From IMG/VR virus record IMGVR_UViG_3300012348_000120: a DNA stretch of 64,000 nucleotides; one strand, given 5' to 3'. The notes under the pieces are model-generated. The model searched no databases and was not told the DNA's origin. It was given only the letters and a program-made list of their open reading frames with translations. This DNA is from a virus. Lineage: Duplodnaviria; Heunggongvirae; Uroviricota; Caudoviricetes. Position numbers and translations under genes: made by a program. Below, one piece after another: positions 56,481 through 64,000 of this stretch; position 1 is the first letter of the stretch; each line of letters starts with the position of its first letter.

Positions 56481-57917
56481 TTATTTGCGAATGTAATCTA
56501 ACCATCCGTTAGGTTTTCTTGGTGTTTTGATAATCGTAGGCTCTGGTGTTGCCTCCGTTTTATTTATCACAGTATATGACTTTTCACTGGTAGTTAGGTC
56601 ATTATGCGTAATTTCTTCATCAATAACAGTTTGATTATCACTTATATCCTCTTGATTGTCAAGAGGTTTTTCAGTCTTTTCTTCGTTAGTTTGACGTGAA
56701 AAGATTGCTTCAAAGATTTCCTCTTGGCCTCTGTCATCATGACGATGCTTCCAAGAGAAGTTTGCTGCAATCAACAACAAAACTGCCAGTGGATCAAACA
56801 CAAAAATGAATACAATGATTAGCCAACGGACTGCAACGTCAATTGTGCTTTTCTCTGTATTCCCATATACTAATTCTGCAATGTATTTTATCGGCCCAAC
56901 TTCTGCTTCTAATTTACGAATTTCTGTTTCCAGCATAAACTTTTCTTCAACCATTTTATTCAGTTCATCAGTCTCAGTTTCAATCTGAGTTTGAACCTTT
57001 TGAACTTCAGCCGTATTGTCAGCAGTAGAAACAGTTGTAAGTTGTTGACGTAAGTTGTCAATGGTTGTTTGTGATGCTGCAACCTCTTGTTCTGCCAATG
57101 AACGAATACGTGCAATCTCTGCACGTGCTGCATCAATTTTTGACTGGTCTGCGTTTTGCTGTGCTTTTGCTATTGAATCAAGTAAAGCGTTTTTCTCACT
57201 GATTTTTTGTTGTTTGAAACGATCAACTGCCGCAGTTGTTTGTGACCCATAGTTTCCATCAGCTTCAACGCCGACCATTGCTTGTAATTGAGCAATACTA
57301 TTAGATTCAATATAGCTTTGTATCTGTGCCAACTCAGCGTCAATTTGCTCAACACTACGTTGATAGGTCTGAACTTCTGGACTTGCGCCACTCTGTTCTC
57401 TTTCGATTATAGCATTTTGCTCATCAATCGCTGGTTGAATACGTGCATAAGCCTGATCTTTTCTTGCCTGTTCAGCATCAATCTGTGCTTGTATACTTGC
57501 AGTGTTGTCACTTGTCTGTGATTGCAACTCTTTTGATTTTTCTATAAGAGATGCAATCTCTCGTTCTTTATTGCTAATTTCTGAAGCAAACTGTTCAACT
57601 TGCGCACTACCTTGTTCCATTTGTGCAGATTGTTCTAAGTGAGCCTTAGACAAAAAGCCAAAAATGCCCATCGATGTGATGAACATCAAGATGACTGTCG
57701 CCGCAGTCAAATACGACTTCAATAGAAATGGTGCAATATTCCAGTTTCTATAAACCCAAGATGCAGATACTAACTTGCCCACTTCAAGCGATCCCGCCAT
57801 CAATGCAACAGGAATCGCAGCAGAAGAAAATATAGCAATCAACCCTGCGATAGAAAACCAAGCCGCAATGATTGCAATAGCAATAGCGACAATAAATGTA
57901 ATAATTGGAAATAACAT
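56481..57917 (-). CDS. membrane protein with N-terminal TM helices, long Gln/Ala-rich coiled coil, PG_binding_1-like motif and C-terminal TM helix
   Basis: VGVEADGNYGSQTTAAVDRFKQQ matches a peptidoglycan-binding-domain consensus; start trimmed to MLFPIITFIV after gagaggggg. Confidence 0.55.
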   Translation of the reverse strand: MLFPIITFIVAIAIAIIAAWFSIAGLIAIFSSAAIPVALMAGSLEVGKLVSASWVYRNWNIAPFLLKSYLTAATVILMFITSMGIFGFLSKAHLEQSAQMEQGSAQVEQFASEISNKEREIASLIEKSKELQSQTSDNTASIQAQIDAEQARKDQAYARIQPAIDEQNAIIEREQSGASPEVQTYQRSVEQIDAELAQIQSYIESNSIAQLQAMVGVEADGNYGSQTTAAVDRFKQQKISEKNALLDSIAKAQQNADQSKIDAARAEIARIRSLAEQEVAASQTTIDNLRQQLTTVSTADNTAEVQKVQTQIETETDELNKMVEEKFMLETEIRKLEAEVGPIKYIAELVYGNTEKSTIDVAVRWLIIVFIFVFDPLAVLLLIAANFSWKHRHDDRGQEEIFEAIFSRQTNEEKTEKPLDNQEDISDNQTVIDEEITHNDLTTSEKSYTVINKTEATPEPTIIKTPRKPNGWLDYIRK

Positions 57918-57971
57918 TACCAACCCCCTCTCAAAATAACTCTCACCTGTATTTATCATTTTTGAGGGACT

Positions 57972-58451
57972 TTACTGGATTTGAACATGGAAGGATACGT
58001 AGTCTCCATAGCGAAAACGTTCATTTGTATGAAAAGTGAAATACTGCCAACCATCATAGATCACAGTTTCAAATCCATGTCGGTGATGTGTTTGGACCGT
58101 AACCCACTCTACATAGCATTCAACATGGTTGGTAGTTTCAGTGCGAACATGACTATTCTTACGGCCTTGGTCGGCCCCGACAATGGCACCAAGAACTGTC
58201 ATTGCATCCTTGCCGCTTCCACTGCCGAATTGGTTTCCGATAATTGCTCCAATCACAGCGCCAGCTACTTGGTTGTCTTGGCGGTATTGTTGTGTGACCT
58301 GAACGTTTTGACAAACTTGTTGTGGAACACTCTCTGTGATGTAAGAACGAACTGGGTTAGTAGATACAACCTCGCCCTGAACAACAATAGTGTCTGCAAG
58401 TGCAGAACTTCCAACAAGAGCGAATACCGCCGCCATAAGTTTAGTTTTCAT
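57972..58451 (-). CDS. secreted glycine-zipper (SlyB/Pcp-like) envelope protein
   Basis: signal peptide MKTKLMAAVFALVGSSALA; glycine-zipper segment GAVIGAIIGNQFGSGSG...LGAIVGA. Confidence 0.6.
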   Translation of the reverse strand: MKTKLMAAVFALVGSSALADTIVVQGEVVSTNPVRSYITESVPQQVCQNVQVTQQYRQDNQVAGAVIGAIIGNQFGSGSGKDAMTVLGAIVGADQGRKNSHVRTETTNHVECYVEWVTVQTHHRHGFETVIYDGWQYFTFHTNERFRYGDYVSFHVQIQ

Positions 58452-58678
58452 TTGTTTTTTCCTTTTAGAATTCTGATGTTGCCAACGTCAACTGTAACCT
58501 CTCCCAATGCCACGTCATCAACAATAACATATTTAGGGTCATTGCCCCATAGTTTGTCAGCTTCGCATATTACTTTCTTGACAACACCCATGCCTTTTCG
58601 GTGAGGTTCAAACCATTCTACATTACATCCTTTCTGGACACGCCAGCTTGGTTTGTGTTTTGTTTTGTCTATTTTCAT
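58448..58678 (-). CDS. hypothetical protein
   Basis: 76-aa ORF. Confidence 0.45.
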   Translation of the reverse strand: MKIDKTKHKPSWRVQKGCNVEWFEPHRKGMGVVKKVICEADKLWGNDPKYVIVDDVALGEVTVDVGNIRILKGKNK

Positions 58679-59035
58679 GTGATTCTCGGTTTCGTCCCAC
58701 GTTCACCATACATCTTGGTTCCGTTCTTACGAATCCAATCCACCAACCACTGAGGATCACGATCAGCAACTTCACGCAGAGATTCTTCGGTGATGTCTTC
58801 ATTAGAAGTGAAAGTCCAAATCTCAGGATGGCGTTGAGGATTGAAACGCGCCCGCATCGTCATCATATTGTAGATGGACGAAATACTTTGATCTTGGCGT
58901 TTGTCATGCACTAATAGATCAAATGCTTCTTTTTCAAGACGAGCGCCAACGTCAACAATACCTTCAAATCCAGTATTGTCCCAATAAACTAACCATTGTT
59001 TTCCTTCAAACATCGTGAGTCCATTCTTCTTTTGC
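58675..59035 (-). CDS. hypothetical protein (start uncertain)
   Basis: the track ORF overlaps the upstream gene by 89 nt; probable start MTLQKK or MFEGK. Confidence 0.4.
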
Positions 59036-59482
59036 AAGGTCATTTTCTTCCGCCCACCGAACAAAAAGTCCAGTTTCGCGTCCGTATGCTTCAATTTCCC
59101 AAGGCAAATCCCAGTAGGAAATCGTATTCATATCTACTTCTTTTCCCATCCACTTGCGAATGTTAGCAGGACGGGACATCAAATCCTTCATTTCCCCTTT
59201 GGCAAACTGCTTCACATGAACCATTTCATGAGTCACAGTTTCCAGCATTCTACGAAGGCGAATATGTTTAGAGGCGTTCACTTCAATGGTGAACTCACGA
59301 GGGCGATGATTATCATCTTCCCAAGTCGCGTTTCCAAGAGTAGCGCCAAGGTCATGGCGAAGTTCAATAGTGATTTCAACTGAAGCGGCAAGACGCGAAC
59401 CCAACAGCTTCACTGCCGAATACTCAGCAATGCTCTGAACGAGTTCACGTTGTTTCTTAGTTCCGCCAGTAACTTCAATCAT
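59006..59482 (-). CDS. HExxH-motif protein, putative zinc metallopeptidase (SprT/WLM-like)
   Basis: TVTHEMVHVKQF HExxH motif; 158 aa. Confidence 0.45.
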   Translation of the reverse strand: MIEVTGGTKKQRELVQSIAEYSAVKLLGSRLAASVEITIELRHDLGATLGNATWEDDNHRPREFTIEVNASKHIRLRRMLETVTHEMVHVKQFAKGEMKDLMSRPANIRKWMGKEVDMNTISYWDLPWEIEAYGRETGLFVRWAEENDLAKEEWTHDV

Positions 59483-59724
59483 TACTTGATTTCCTTGCCA
59501 GTGGTGATTTCGTAAATAGCACCTTCTGCAAGTTTCACATTGAGAAATTTTACACCCTCATCGAGGATGTCCCAGTTGTCATGGGTTGAGGGATGATTAA
59601 TGAAATGTTGTTTTGCCAAGTCAAGGGCATCAGTGTATGTCGCAGTCGCAGCAAACGACTTGATGTCGTCAAGAGCAAGGCGAATAAGTTCTTCATTGGT
59701 CATGGCGATCTCCCGATTACTCAT
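59482..59724 (-). CDS. hypothetical protein
   Basis: 80-aa ORF. Confidence 0.45.
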   Translation of the reverse strand: MSNREIAMTNEELIRLALDDIKSFAATATYTDALDLAKQHFINHPSTHDNWDILDEGVKFLNVKLAEGAIYEITTGKEIK

Positions 59725-59870
59725 ACAATATAGAGTGATTCGGGAGATAAGTCAAGTAAAAAAGTATTGTGCAATCTCACAGTCTGCAATGATTGTGCCA
59801 AGATAAAGAATGGTCGGTTCAAAGTTTTTGTTAGTTCGAAAGGCGTGTGCGAAAATAAGTGCGATTGTAA

Positions 59871-60218
59871 TCATTGTTTGATAATCCCTTTTTGTTTGAG
59901 GCGTTGTTTCATATTATAAGAATCAGAGTATGGGCAAGGATCGGCAATGATTGCAATCCGTTGAAACTCATCGTTGTCAACTTGAAACTTAGAATGGGCG
60001 CTTTCACCCGTCCATCCATCATATTTTTCGTAAAACACATTTCCAGTTTTTGTATCATACCGCCAAATACGACGAGAACCGCTATCAAAGTTCTTCTTGT
60101 TCAGGGCATCCTTGTCCACTGCCATCGCATAATACTCATAGTTTTCTTGTTCTGGCCAAGCATGTATGTCTTTATATTCGTAATATTCAACATATCTTGA
60201 CATTAGTATAGCCCCCAA
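59871..60218 (-). CDS. hypothetical protein
   Basis: 115-aa ORF. Confidence 0.45.
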   Translation of the reverse strand: MGAILMSRYVEYYEYKDIHAWPEQENYEYYAMAVDKDALNKKNFDSGSRRIWRYDTKTGNVFYEKYDGWTGESAHSKFQVDNDEFQRIAIIADPCPYSDSYNMKQRLKQKGIIKQ

Positions 60219-60511
60219 CAGGTTCGTAGGTCATATTCAAGTTGCACAAAGAAACGCTTTACTTTGTGGCAAATCGTATTAGGGCGAATGTCTTTTTGAT
60301 TCCAATTGCGGACAGCAGATTCGATTGCTTCATCTTCTGTTTCTTCAATAAAGGTTCCGCCTTGAGCAGAACAATGCTCACATTTTACATATGCCTTTAC
60401 GCCCAACCGATGTTTGCCAGTGTTGATGCTAATACCGTCTTCACCGGCACCATTTCCACAAAACGGGCAGTATTCAAGCATATGTCCCATCAGAACTCTT
60501 CTACTTCCCAT
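60203..60511 (-). CDS. lar: Lar-family restriction-alleviation-like zinc-ribbon protein
   Basis: EYCPFCGNGAGEDG...CEHCSAQG Cys4 pattern typical of Lar. Confidence 0.55.
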   Translation of the reverse strand: MGSRRVLMGHMLEYCPFCGNGAGEDGISINTGKHRLGVKAYVKCEHCSAQGGTFIEETEDEAIESAVRNWNQKDIRPNTICHKVKRFFVQLEYDLRTCWGLY

Positions 60512-60819
60512 TGTGGCGCAACACCGTTATAGACGGTTTCAATGCCATATGGCATCTTACCATCGCGTTTGAGCAGGAATTCTTCAGTTTCAAACCAATG
60601 TGAGTGTAGGTTCTGTTGGTATCTCGCAGAAGAACGAGCACCCGAAAGTGTTGGATACACTCGTGCATAGATGGGGTCTTTGTAGTCCACCGACTTTGCG
60701 TGGCTTGTAGTTACATATTTACCAGTAGAAAGGTCTTTGACACGATACGGCATTACGTTTTCCTTATGAATAGTGAACGAGTGATACAAGTTTCCAAGGC
60801 TTTTCTGCAAGCCAGTCAT
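60490..60819 (-). CDS. hypothetical protein
   Basis: 109-aa ORF. Confidence 0.45.
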   Translation of the reverse strand: MTGLQKSLGNLYHSFTIHKENVMPYRVKDLSTGKYVTTSHAKSVDYKDPIYARVYPTLSGARSSARYQQNLHSHWFETEEFLLKRDGKMPYGIETVYNGVAPQWEVEEF

Positions 60820-61162
60820 AATACTGTGGAAACTTTTCTTTGAACTCGGCCATAAACTTTGTTTTCATATCTTCCAAAAGTGCGTCATTGATTTCAATCT
60901 CATTGGAATTATTCATTTCACCCCAACGAGCATCGCCAGAATCGTATAAACGATTGCCGAAGACCATATATTCGCAACTCATACCATCAAAAAGATATTG
61001 CGAAGTATCAAGTTCGTCATATACTTCTTCGAAATCTTCTGATAAGTCATGATTGTATTCAGTGCGGACACCCCAATAGGTGTAAACATGTGTATTGATA
61101 CCCAACTGACTTATTCCTTTTCCTCTGAAAAGTCGCCTTCGGTTCGTCCGTAGCTTCCCCAA
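60764..61162 (-). CDS. hypothetical acidic protein
   Basis: 132-aa ORF. Confidence 0.45.
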   Translation of the reverse strand: MGKLRTNRRRLFRGKGISQLGINTHVYTYWGVRTEYNHDLSEDFEEVYDELDTSQYLFDGMSCEYMVFGNRLYDSGDARWGEMNNSNEIEINDALLEDMKTKFMAEFKEKFPQYYDWLAEKPWKLVSLVHYS

Positions 61163-61380
61163 TAGACTTTACTTCCATCGGGCATCTTAATACGAATGAA
61201 CGATGTTCCGTTCACATATGAGGTTTTTGGTTTATCACCTTCTTTGAGGCCAGCCTCAGTGGTATTCCAAGCATGACTATGCCCAGAAAAGTCGCCAGGT
61301 CTGAATGCAGTTGCCGACTTGTCAGCCAAATACCATCCACTGCGAATGTAAAGGCCATGTTTATCCTTACGGATTATCAT
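61111..61380 (-). CDS. hypothetical protein
   Basis: 89-aa ORF. Confidence 0.45.
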   Translation of the reverse strand: MIIRKDKHGLYIRSGWYLADKSATAFRPGDFSGHSHAWNTTEAGLKEGDKPKTSYVNGTSFIRIKMPDGSKVYWGSYGRTEGDFSEEKE

Positions 61381-61537
61381 TGTTTCTCATCCCATTCAAT
61401 GCCACGGTCAGCAAACCATTTGCGGCGAACCGCTTTCTCTTGCTCAGTTTTGGCACAGAACGCCCAACTCTTATATCCATTGACAAACATAATCACATCT
61501 GCGATTACAAAGCCAGCGATCAAAATGCATATACCAG

Positions 61538-61771
61538 TCATATGTTTTCCGTTTTTTGAGGTTGCAGGATTTTCTGTTCACAAGTAACAGAAAATTCGTT
61601 GGTAGGATAGATACTGTTTTTTACTTCTTCTGTCGGATTTTCGTAGGTTGCTGCAATATCATTTTCTATGATTTGCGAAAGAGTGTTGCATTGATCTGCG
61701 TTCTGCCCTTCGTAACCCAATACCATAACGACTGTTCCGGCATACCAAACTGTCGCCCAAAATGTGACCAT
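61538..61771 (-). CDS. small membrane protein
   Basis: 77 aa; hydrophobic N-terminus. Confidence 0.4.
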   Translation of the reverse strand: MVTFWATVWYAGTVVMVLGYEGQNADQCNTLSQIIENDIAATYENPTEEVKNSIYPTNEFSVTCEQKILQPQKTENI

Positions 61772-61927
61772 TATTATATTCCATTTTTCAAAGTTTTAAT
61801 GCAACAGCCATTTGTAGAAGTTCAAACTTTCCAGCCATCAGCGCATACCGATGGTTGGAACCTTCTGGTTGTTGGGAAATCAGATGGTCCAGTTCGTTGA
61901 CCCGTTCAATGATGTATGCTTTCATAT

Positions 61928-62197
61928 TTAGTCTGTCCATTGTCCCAACCCTTCTGACGAAAAAGGATGAACATCATCAAGATGTTCACCATGTTGATAG
62001 TCTTTTAGGCGTTCTGGATGCAGATTACTTACTCCGCGTCCATTCATGAATGCTTTGTATTGTCCGTTTTTCTTTTCTTGATTTTTTGCTTTGCAAGATT
62101 TGGAACAAAATCGTCCCCATCCTCTTGTCACATCAGCGGCGCGGACGCTCATATTGCATCCGCACCACTTACAACGTGTATCAACCATCTTTGCCAT
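61928..62197 (-). CDS. zinc-ribbon protein
   Basis: CKWCGC...CSKSC. Confidence 0.45.
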   Translation of the reverse strand: MAKMVDTRCKWCGCNMSVRAADVTRGWGRFCSKSCKAKNQEKKNGQYKAFMNGRGVSNLHPERLKDYQHGEHLDDVHPFSSEGLGQWTD

Positions 62198-62202
62198 TAT
62201 GC

Positions 62203-62451
62203 TTACTCAAAGTAAACATGAAGGTTGCGATAGGTGGCGTTTTCGCCAGCAAGAAGAACAGACCCGTCAATAATATCGCCACCATACCCAGTTTCTTTCA
62301 TCGACTCTTCGTCATAAGCGATGGTGACTTGAATGTCGCTGCCATACTTCACACGAGTCTTGGTGATGTAACCAAGAAACGGCACATCATTCTTATAACC
62401 AGTGACAACCGAACCTTCAGCATTGTAAAGGGCGTTCATGAAGCTGTTCAT
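62203..62451 (-). CDS. hypothetical protein, paralog of CDS 63156..63359
   Basis: shared motif TRVKYGSDIQVT versus SRVKYGGKVQHT. Confidence 0.5.
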   Translation of the reverse strand: MNSFMNALYNAEGSVVTGYKNDVPFLGYITKTRVKYGSDIQVTIAYDEESMKETGYGGDIIDGSVLLAGENATYRNLHVYFE

Positions 62452-62467
62452 CGTGTTTCCTCTCTCT

Positions 62468-62511
62468 TGGCTACAGATTATGTATACAGCGATTCGTATG
62501 GAAAGTCAAGC
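62468..62511 (-). promoter_or_regulatory. early promoter plus leader (copy)
   Basis: gene-sense TTGACTttccatacgaatcgcTGTATAcataatctgtagcc. Confidence 0.6.
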
Positions 62512-62747
62512 GATGTTTTCGATTCTTTTGTATTATGCGTGTATGGAATGATGCGAATGTTATTTTCATCGCCTTCCATCATAAGCATAAGTGCTAACGA
62601 CTCTTCGTTGTAAGAATGATATATCACACCAATAGTATGATATATTCCATAATCTTTGATGCGTTCCTTGAACTCGCGTTTTGGTATTCCCGCAAGTCCT
62701 TGGGGAATGATTTTCCAGAACAAAGGAACGGGTGGAATGCTGGACAT
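62478..62747 (-). CDS. hypothetical protein (start trimmed to MSSIPPV); 3' end reads through the downstream promoter
   Basis: ATG 2 nt after the upstream TAA. Confidence 0.4.
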   Translation of the reverse strand: MSSIPPVPLFWKIIPQGLAGIPKREFKERIKDYGIYHTIGVIYHSYNEESLALMLMMEGDENNIRIIPYTHNTKESKTSLDFPYESLYT

Positions 62748-62748
62748 A

Positions 62749-63090
62749 TTAGTCCAGCCGCGACCCCGCCCACACATCCAGATCAGTCAGTTCACGCATC
62801 TTTGCAGCATAGGCAGCGGCCCCTGCTTCTTTGATGTCAATGTTCTGGCCAGGATATTTGGAGGGGTTCCACAGTTCCCACGATTTGCCAGTCCAGTCTT
62901 TGCGGAAGCCAATCGATTCAAGGAGTTTACGTTCAGCGCGGCCACCTTTGGTGTTACCTTTTTCTTTGGGCGTGACTTTCACCCAAGCAAAACCGCACAT
63001 ACCGAAGTCACCGCCCCACTGTTTCAGTGCAGCATCCGAAGCGGCTTTTGCTTCGTCAAGAGCGAGAGAGTGAACGAGTTGAATATCCAT
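62749..63090 (-). CDS. hypothetical protein
   Basis: 113-aa ORF after a promoter cassette. Confidence 0.5.
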   Translation of the reverse strand: MDIQLVHSLALDEAKAASDAALKQWGGDFGMCGFAWVKVTPKEKGNTKGGRAERKLLESIGFRKDWTGKSWELWNPSKYPGQNIDIKEAGAAAYAAKMRELTDLDVWAGSRLD

Positions 63091-63105
63091 TGGAAGTCCC
63101 TTTCT

Positions 63106-63150
63106 ATTGGCTACATTGTATGTATATAGTGATTCGTTCAGAAAGTCAAG
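63106..63150 (-). promoter_or_regulatory. early promoter plus leader (copy)
   Basis: gene-sense TTGACTttctgaacgaatcacTATATAcatacaatgtagcc. Confidence 0.6.
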
Positions 63151-63155
63151 AACTA

Positions 63156-63359
63156 TTACACTACAACCAGTTCATCTTCATCAACAAGAATCGTATCTCG
63201 GTCTTCGCCAAACACGTTGATGGCCGAAAGAAGTTTTACCGTATGCTGGACCTTGCCACCATACTTCACACGAGATTCAGAAATCTTGCCAGCATAGGGA
63301 AAGATACCCATATAGTTGCCAGCAACAAAATCACCTTCGCGGTTCCAAGAAGCCATTTT
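63156..63359 (-). CDS. hypothetical protein, paralog of CDS 62203..62451 (start trimmed to MKMASW)
   Basis: the upstream part of the track ORF is leader sequence. Confidence 0.45.
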   Translation of the reverse strand, partial: KMASWNREGDFVAGNYMGIFPYAGKISESRVKYGGKVQHTVKLLSAINVFGEDRDTILVDEDELVVV

Positions 63360-63372
63360 CATATCCTCTCTA

Positions 63373-63582
63373 TTAGCAGAAGCCAAACGCAGAAAGACCA
63401 AGCCGAATGAATTTGTCAGCAGCGTCTTTTGCAAACTCTTCAGTTTTCAGAAACATCGTGGTCATCAGTTGTTTACCTTCGTAAAGTTCAACAACCCAAG
63501 TCGTCTTGGTGACGAACCCATCATAATCACCGTAGCACACATCAACATCAATGAGTTCGGGAGTGATAGTCACGTTACGCAT
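63373..63582 (-). CDS. hypothetical protein
   Basis: 69-aa ORF after a promoter cassette. Confidence 0.45.
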   Translation of the reverse strand: MRNVTITPELIDVDVCYGDYDGFVTKTTWVVELYEGKQLMTTMFLKTEEFAKDAADKFIRLGLSAFGFC

Positions 63583-63595
63583 CTGATTTCCTCTC

Positions 63596-63640
63596 TTGGT
63601 TACAGGATATGTATATAGTGATTCGTCTTGAATGTCAAGA
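63596..63640 (-). promoter_or_regulatory. early promoter plus leader (canonical copy)
   Basis: gene-sense TTGACAttcaagacgaatcacTATATAcatatcctgtaaccaagagaggaaatcagATG. Confidence 0.65.
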
Positions 63641-63644
63641 CATT

Positions 63645-63932
63645 TTACACACGAATTTTGTTTACATTCCGAATTTCTTCGTCGTGTTCTTTCACAATCA
63701 TGGAAGAAGGATAGTAAAACCGACGAGAACCAAGACCATCAACCTCAGTGGGATAGTCTTTGGCGGGCAAGTAGCAGAACCCGTTGTAGTTGCCAGACTC
63801 ATGGAGAACAGCTTCAATGAACGAAGCAACACCTTCCCGTTCATCGGCTGACGTATTTTTTGCGGCAAGAAAGTGATTTGCCATACGCAGAATTTTACCA
63901 ACTTCAATCGTTTTACGAGCGGGTTTCGTCAT
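63645..63932 (-). CDS. hypothetical protein
   Basis: 95-aa ORF. Confidence 0.45.
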   Translation of the reverse strand: MTKPARKTIEVGKILRMANHFLAAKNTSADEREGVASFIEAVLHESGNYNGFCYLPAKDYPTEVDGLGSRRFYYPSSMIVKEHDEEIRNVNKIRV

Positions 63933-63944
63933 CTGTCTCTCCTT

Positions 63945-63990
63945 GCTGACTACATGATATGTATATAGTGATTCGTTAGGATTGTCAAAT
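63945..63990 (-). promoter_or_regulatory. early promoter plus leader (copy)
   Basis: gene-sense TTGACAatcctaacgaatcacTATATAcatatcatgtagtcagcaaggagagac. Confidence 0.6.
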
Positions 63991-64000
63991 AAAAAAAGAG

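Noticed and set aside
1549-63990. Regularly recurring repeats of about 45 bp that could be mistaken for a CRISPR array
   Set aside because: The copies are dispersed at gene-length intervals, each contains -35/-10 hexamers and an RBS, and each immediately precedes an ATG. They are promoters plus leaders, not CRISPR repeats and spacers.

Overview
This window looks like the early, accessory (hyperplastic) region of a large T4-like virulent phage, but that placement is inferred from gene content and layout, not from a search. Almost every gene is on the minus strand, and genes are short and tightly packed with overlapping ATGA/TAATG junctions. An early-promoter plus 5'-leader cassette of about 45 bp recurs some 20 times (gene-sense: TTGACA..gAATCAC-TATATA-CATATCCTGTAACC-AAGAGAGGAAA-ATG), and near-identical UUCG-tetraloop terminators are reused. 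Recognisable products: three tRNAs (CAU, UAA, UCU) next to a CCA-adding enzyme; an nrdC-like glutaredoxin; LemA; GMP reductase; a SleB-type cell-wall hydrolase; a GreA-like factor; DexA-like exonuclease; a GatB/YqeY-domain protein; a C-terminally truncated nucleotide-sugar dehydrogenase and a cytidylyltransferase; two PTH2-like peptidyl-tRNA hydrolases; a DraRnl/Rnl5-type RNA ligase; a Toprim protein; two metallophosphoesterases; an SPFH/band-7 protein; IscA; DHFR; an 888-aa subtilase (S8) with an autotransporter-like C-terminus; MazG; thymidine kinase; a HAD phosphatase; an SNase-like nuclease; a class-3 lipase; MTA/SAH nucleosidase; a contiguous ClpS–Hsp20–S21–IF3–ClpX cassette; a peptidoglycan-binding coiled-coil membrane protein; a glycine-zipper envelope protein; and a Lar-like restriction-alleviation protein. 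Dozens of small unknown ORFs fill the rest. The strongest leads are the translation/proteostasis cassette, the distributed tRNA-maintenance gene set, the phage-borne S8 autotransporter, a 560-bp ORF-free structured region, and a 300-nt leader carrying a perfect 15-bp inverted repeat. Starts were trimmed by hand where the supplied ORF track had read through promoter/leader sequence or used non-ATG starts; unchecked starts are approximate.
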